Assembly (NCBI GenBank): GCA_942493105.1 | Contig: OW818668.1 | Coordinates: 270,001-302,000, forward strand | From: an uncultured Erysipelotrichaceae bacterium | GTDB lineage: Bacteria; Bacillota_I; Bacilli_A; Erysipelotrichales; Erysipelotrichaceae | Reading direction: 5' to 3' | Length of the DNA: 32,000 nt | In this document: piece after piece, positions 31,738-32,000 of the stretch | How the letters are laid out: the number at the start of each line of letters is the position of its first letter | Position numbering within the stretch: the stretch's first letter is position 1 | Notes under the pieces: generated by a model | The model's input: the letters and a program-made list of their open reading frames with translations, nothing else | Told to the model about the DNA's origin: nothing | Databases searched by the model: none | Translations under genes and position numbers: made by a program

Positions 31738-32000
31738 TCATTTACCTAAGAAGAATTCTGTTTCAGTCTTTGAGGTATATGCTGCTTTTAGAATGTATAG
31801 AGCTGTGGCTAAACTACCTGTAACCATAAGTAGAATAAACCAACCTACCCGAGCTCCTAATCCCTTCTCTCTTTTAAAGATCCATAGATAGAATAGAATA
31901 AATCCTATATAGAGATCTACCATACTCATCTGACCCCATACATTGCTTAAGAGTGCTGCTCCATCTACCGCAAAGTCACCTGTCACGATTGAGAAGATGA
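31738..32000 (-). CDS. small membrane protein (partial; N-terminus beyond the window end)
   Basis: The frame stays open past the track GTG start (31986) to the window edge. Hydrophobic helices ...DLYIGFILFYLWIF...VGWFILLMVTGSLATALYIL. Family not recognised with confidence. Confidence 0.45.
   Translation of the reverse strand, partial: IFSIVTGDFAVDGAALLSNVWGQMSMVDLYIGFILFYLWIFKREKGLGARVGWFILLMVTGSLATALYILKAAYTSKTETEFFLGK

Noticed and set aside
31528-31749. 73-aa plus-strand ORF overlapping the pilA 3' end and the terminator
   Set aside because: It is out of frame with pilA and reads through the operon terminator hairpin. It has no RBS.
1-32000. Mollicute-type genetic code (TGA = Trp), considered because of the low GC content
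   Set aside because: TGA terminates several well-supported genes exactly where homologues end. Examples are lrp at 16661-16663, the AMMECR1 fusion at 8142-8144, the WYL regulator at 4910-4912 and the GH3-like gene at 12061-12063.

Overview
Low-GC, Bacillota-like chromosomal window using the standard genetic code (TGA ends well-supported ORFs). I see no rRNA, tRNA, CRISPR array, transposase or integrase. Positions 1-22109 carry mostly minus-strand genes. In order: a partial SWIM zinc-finger protein; msrB; an 828-aa CoA-disulfide-reductase/rhodanese/TusA/DsrE-like fusion; a translationally coupled WYL regulator plus divergent DprA/SLOG-like protein; pepT (+); a two-gene AmmeMemoRadiSam system (LigB/Memo-like::AMMECR1 fusion plus radical SAM enzyme); a translationally coupled operon of ICMT-like membrane methyltransferase, GH3-like adenylating enzyme and a multi-TM/GAF/degenerate-GGDEF/HD-GYP protein; a MOP-family flippase; Lrp/AsnC plus aminotransferase (+); a sugar-phosphate isomerase/epimerase; DegV; a DUF2177-like membrane protein; a SanA/YdcF-like protein; and an MFS transporter. 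A 547-nt intergenic region follows, with a ~91% A+T tract, a 9-bp inverted repeat and an extended -10 promoter. It leads into what I read as a c-di-GMP-I (GEMM-I) riboswitch and a compact ten-gene type IV pilus operon at 22657-31631 (three prepilin-like genes, pilC, pilM, pilN, pilO, pilB, pilT, pilA). A terminator and a partial minus-strand membrane protein close the window. Most interesting are three c-di-GMP-related elements in one window: the HD-GYP enzyme in an unusual methyltransferase/GH3 operon, the riboswitch candidate, and an MshEN-type motif pair in PilB. Also notable are the WYL plus DprA-like pair and the fused AmmeMemoRadiSam system. All functional calls rest on motif recognition by eye and no searches were run.
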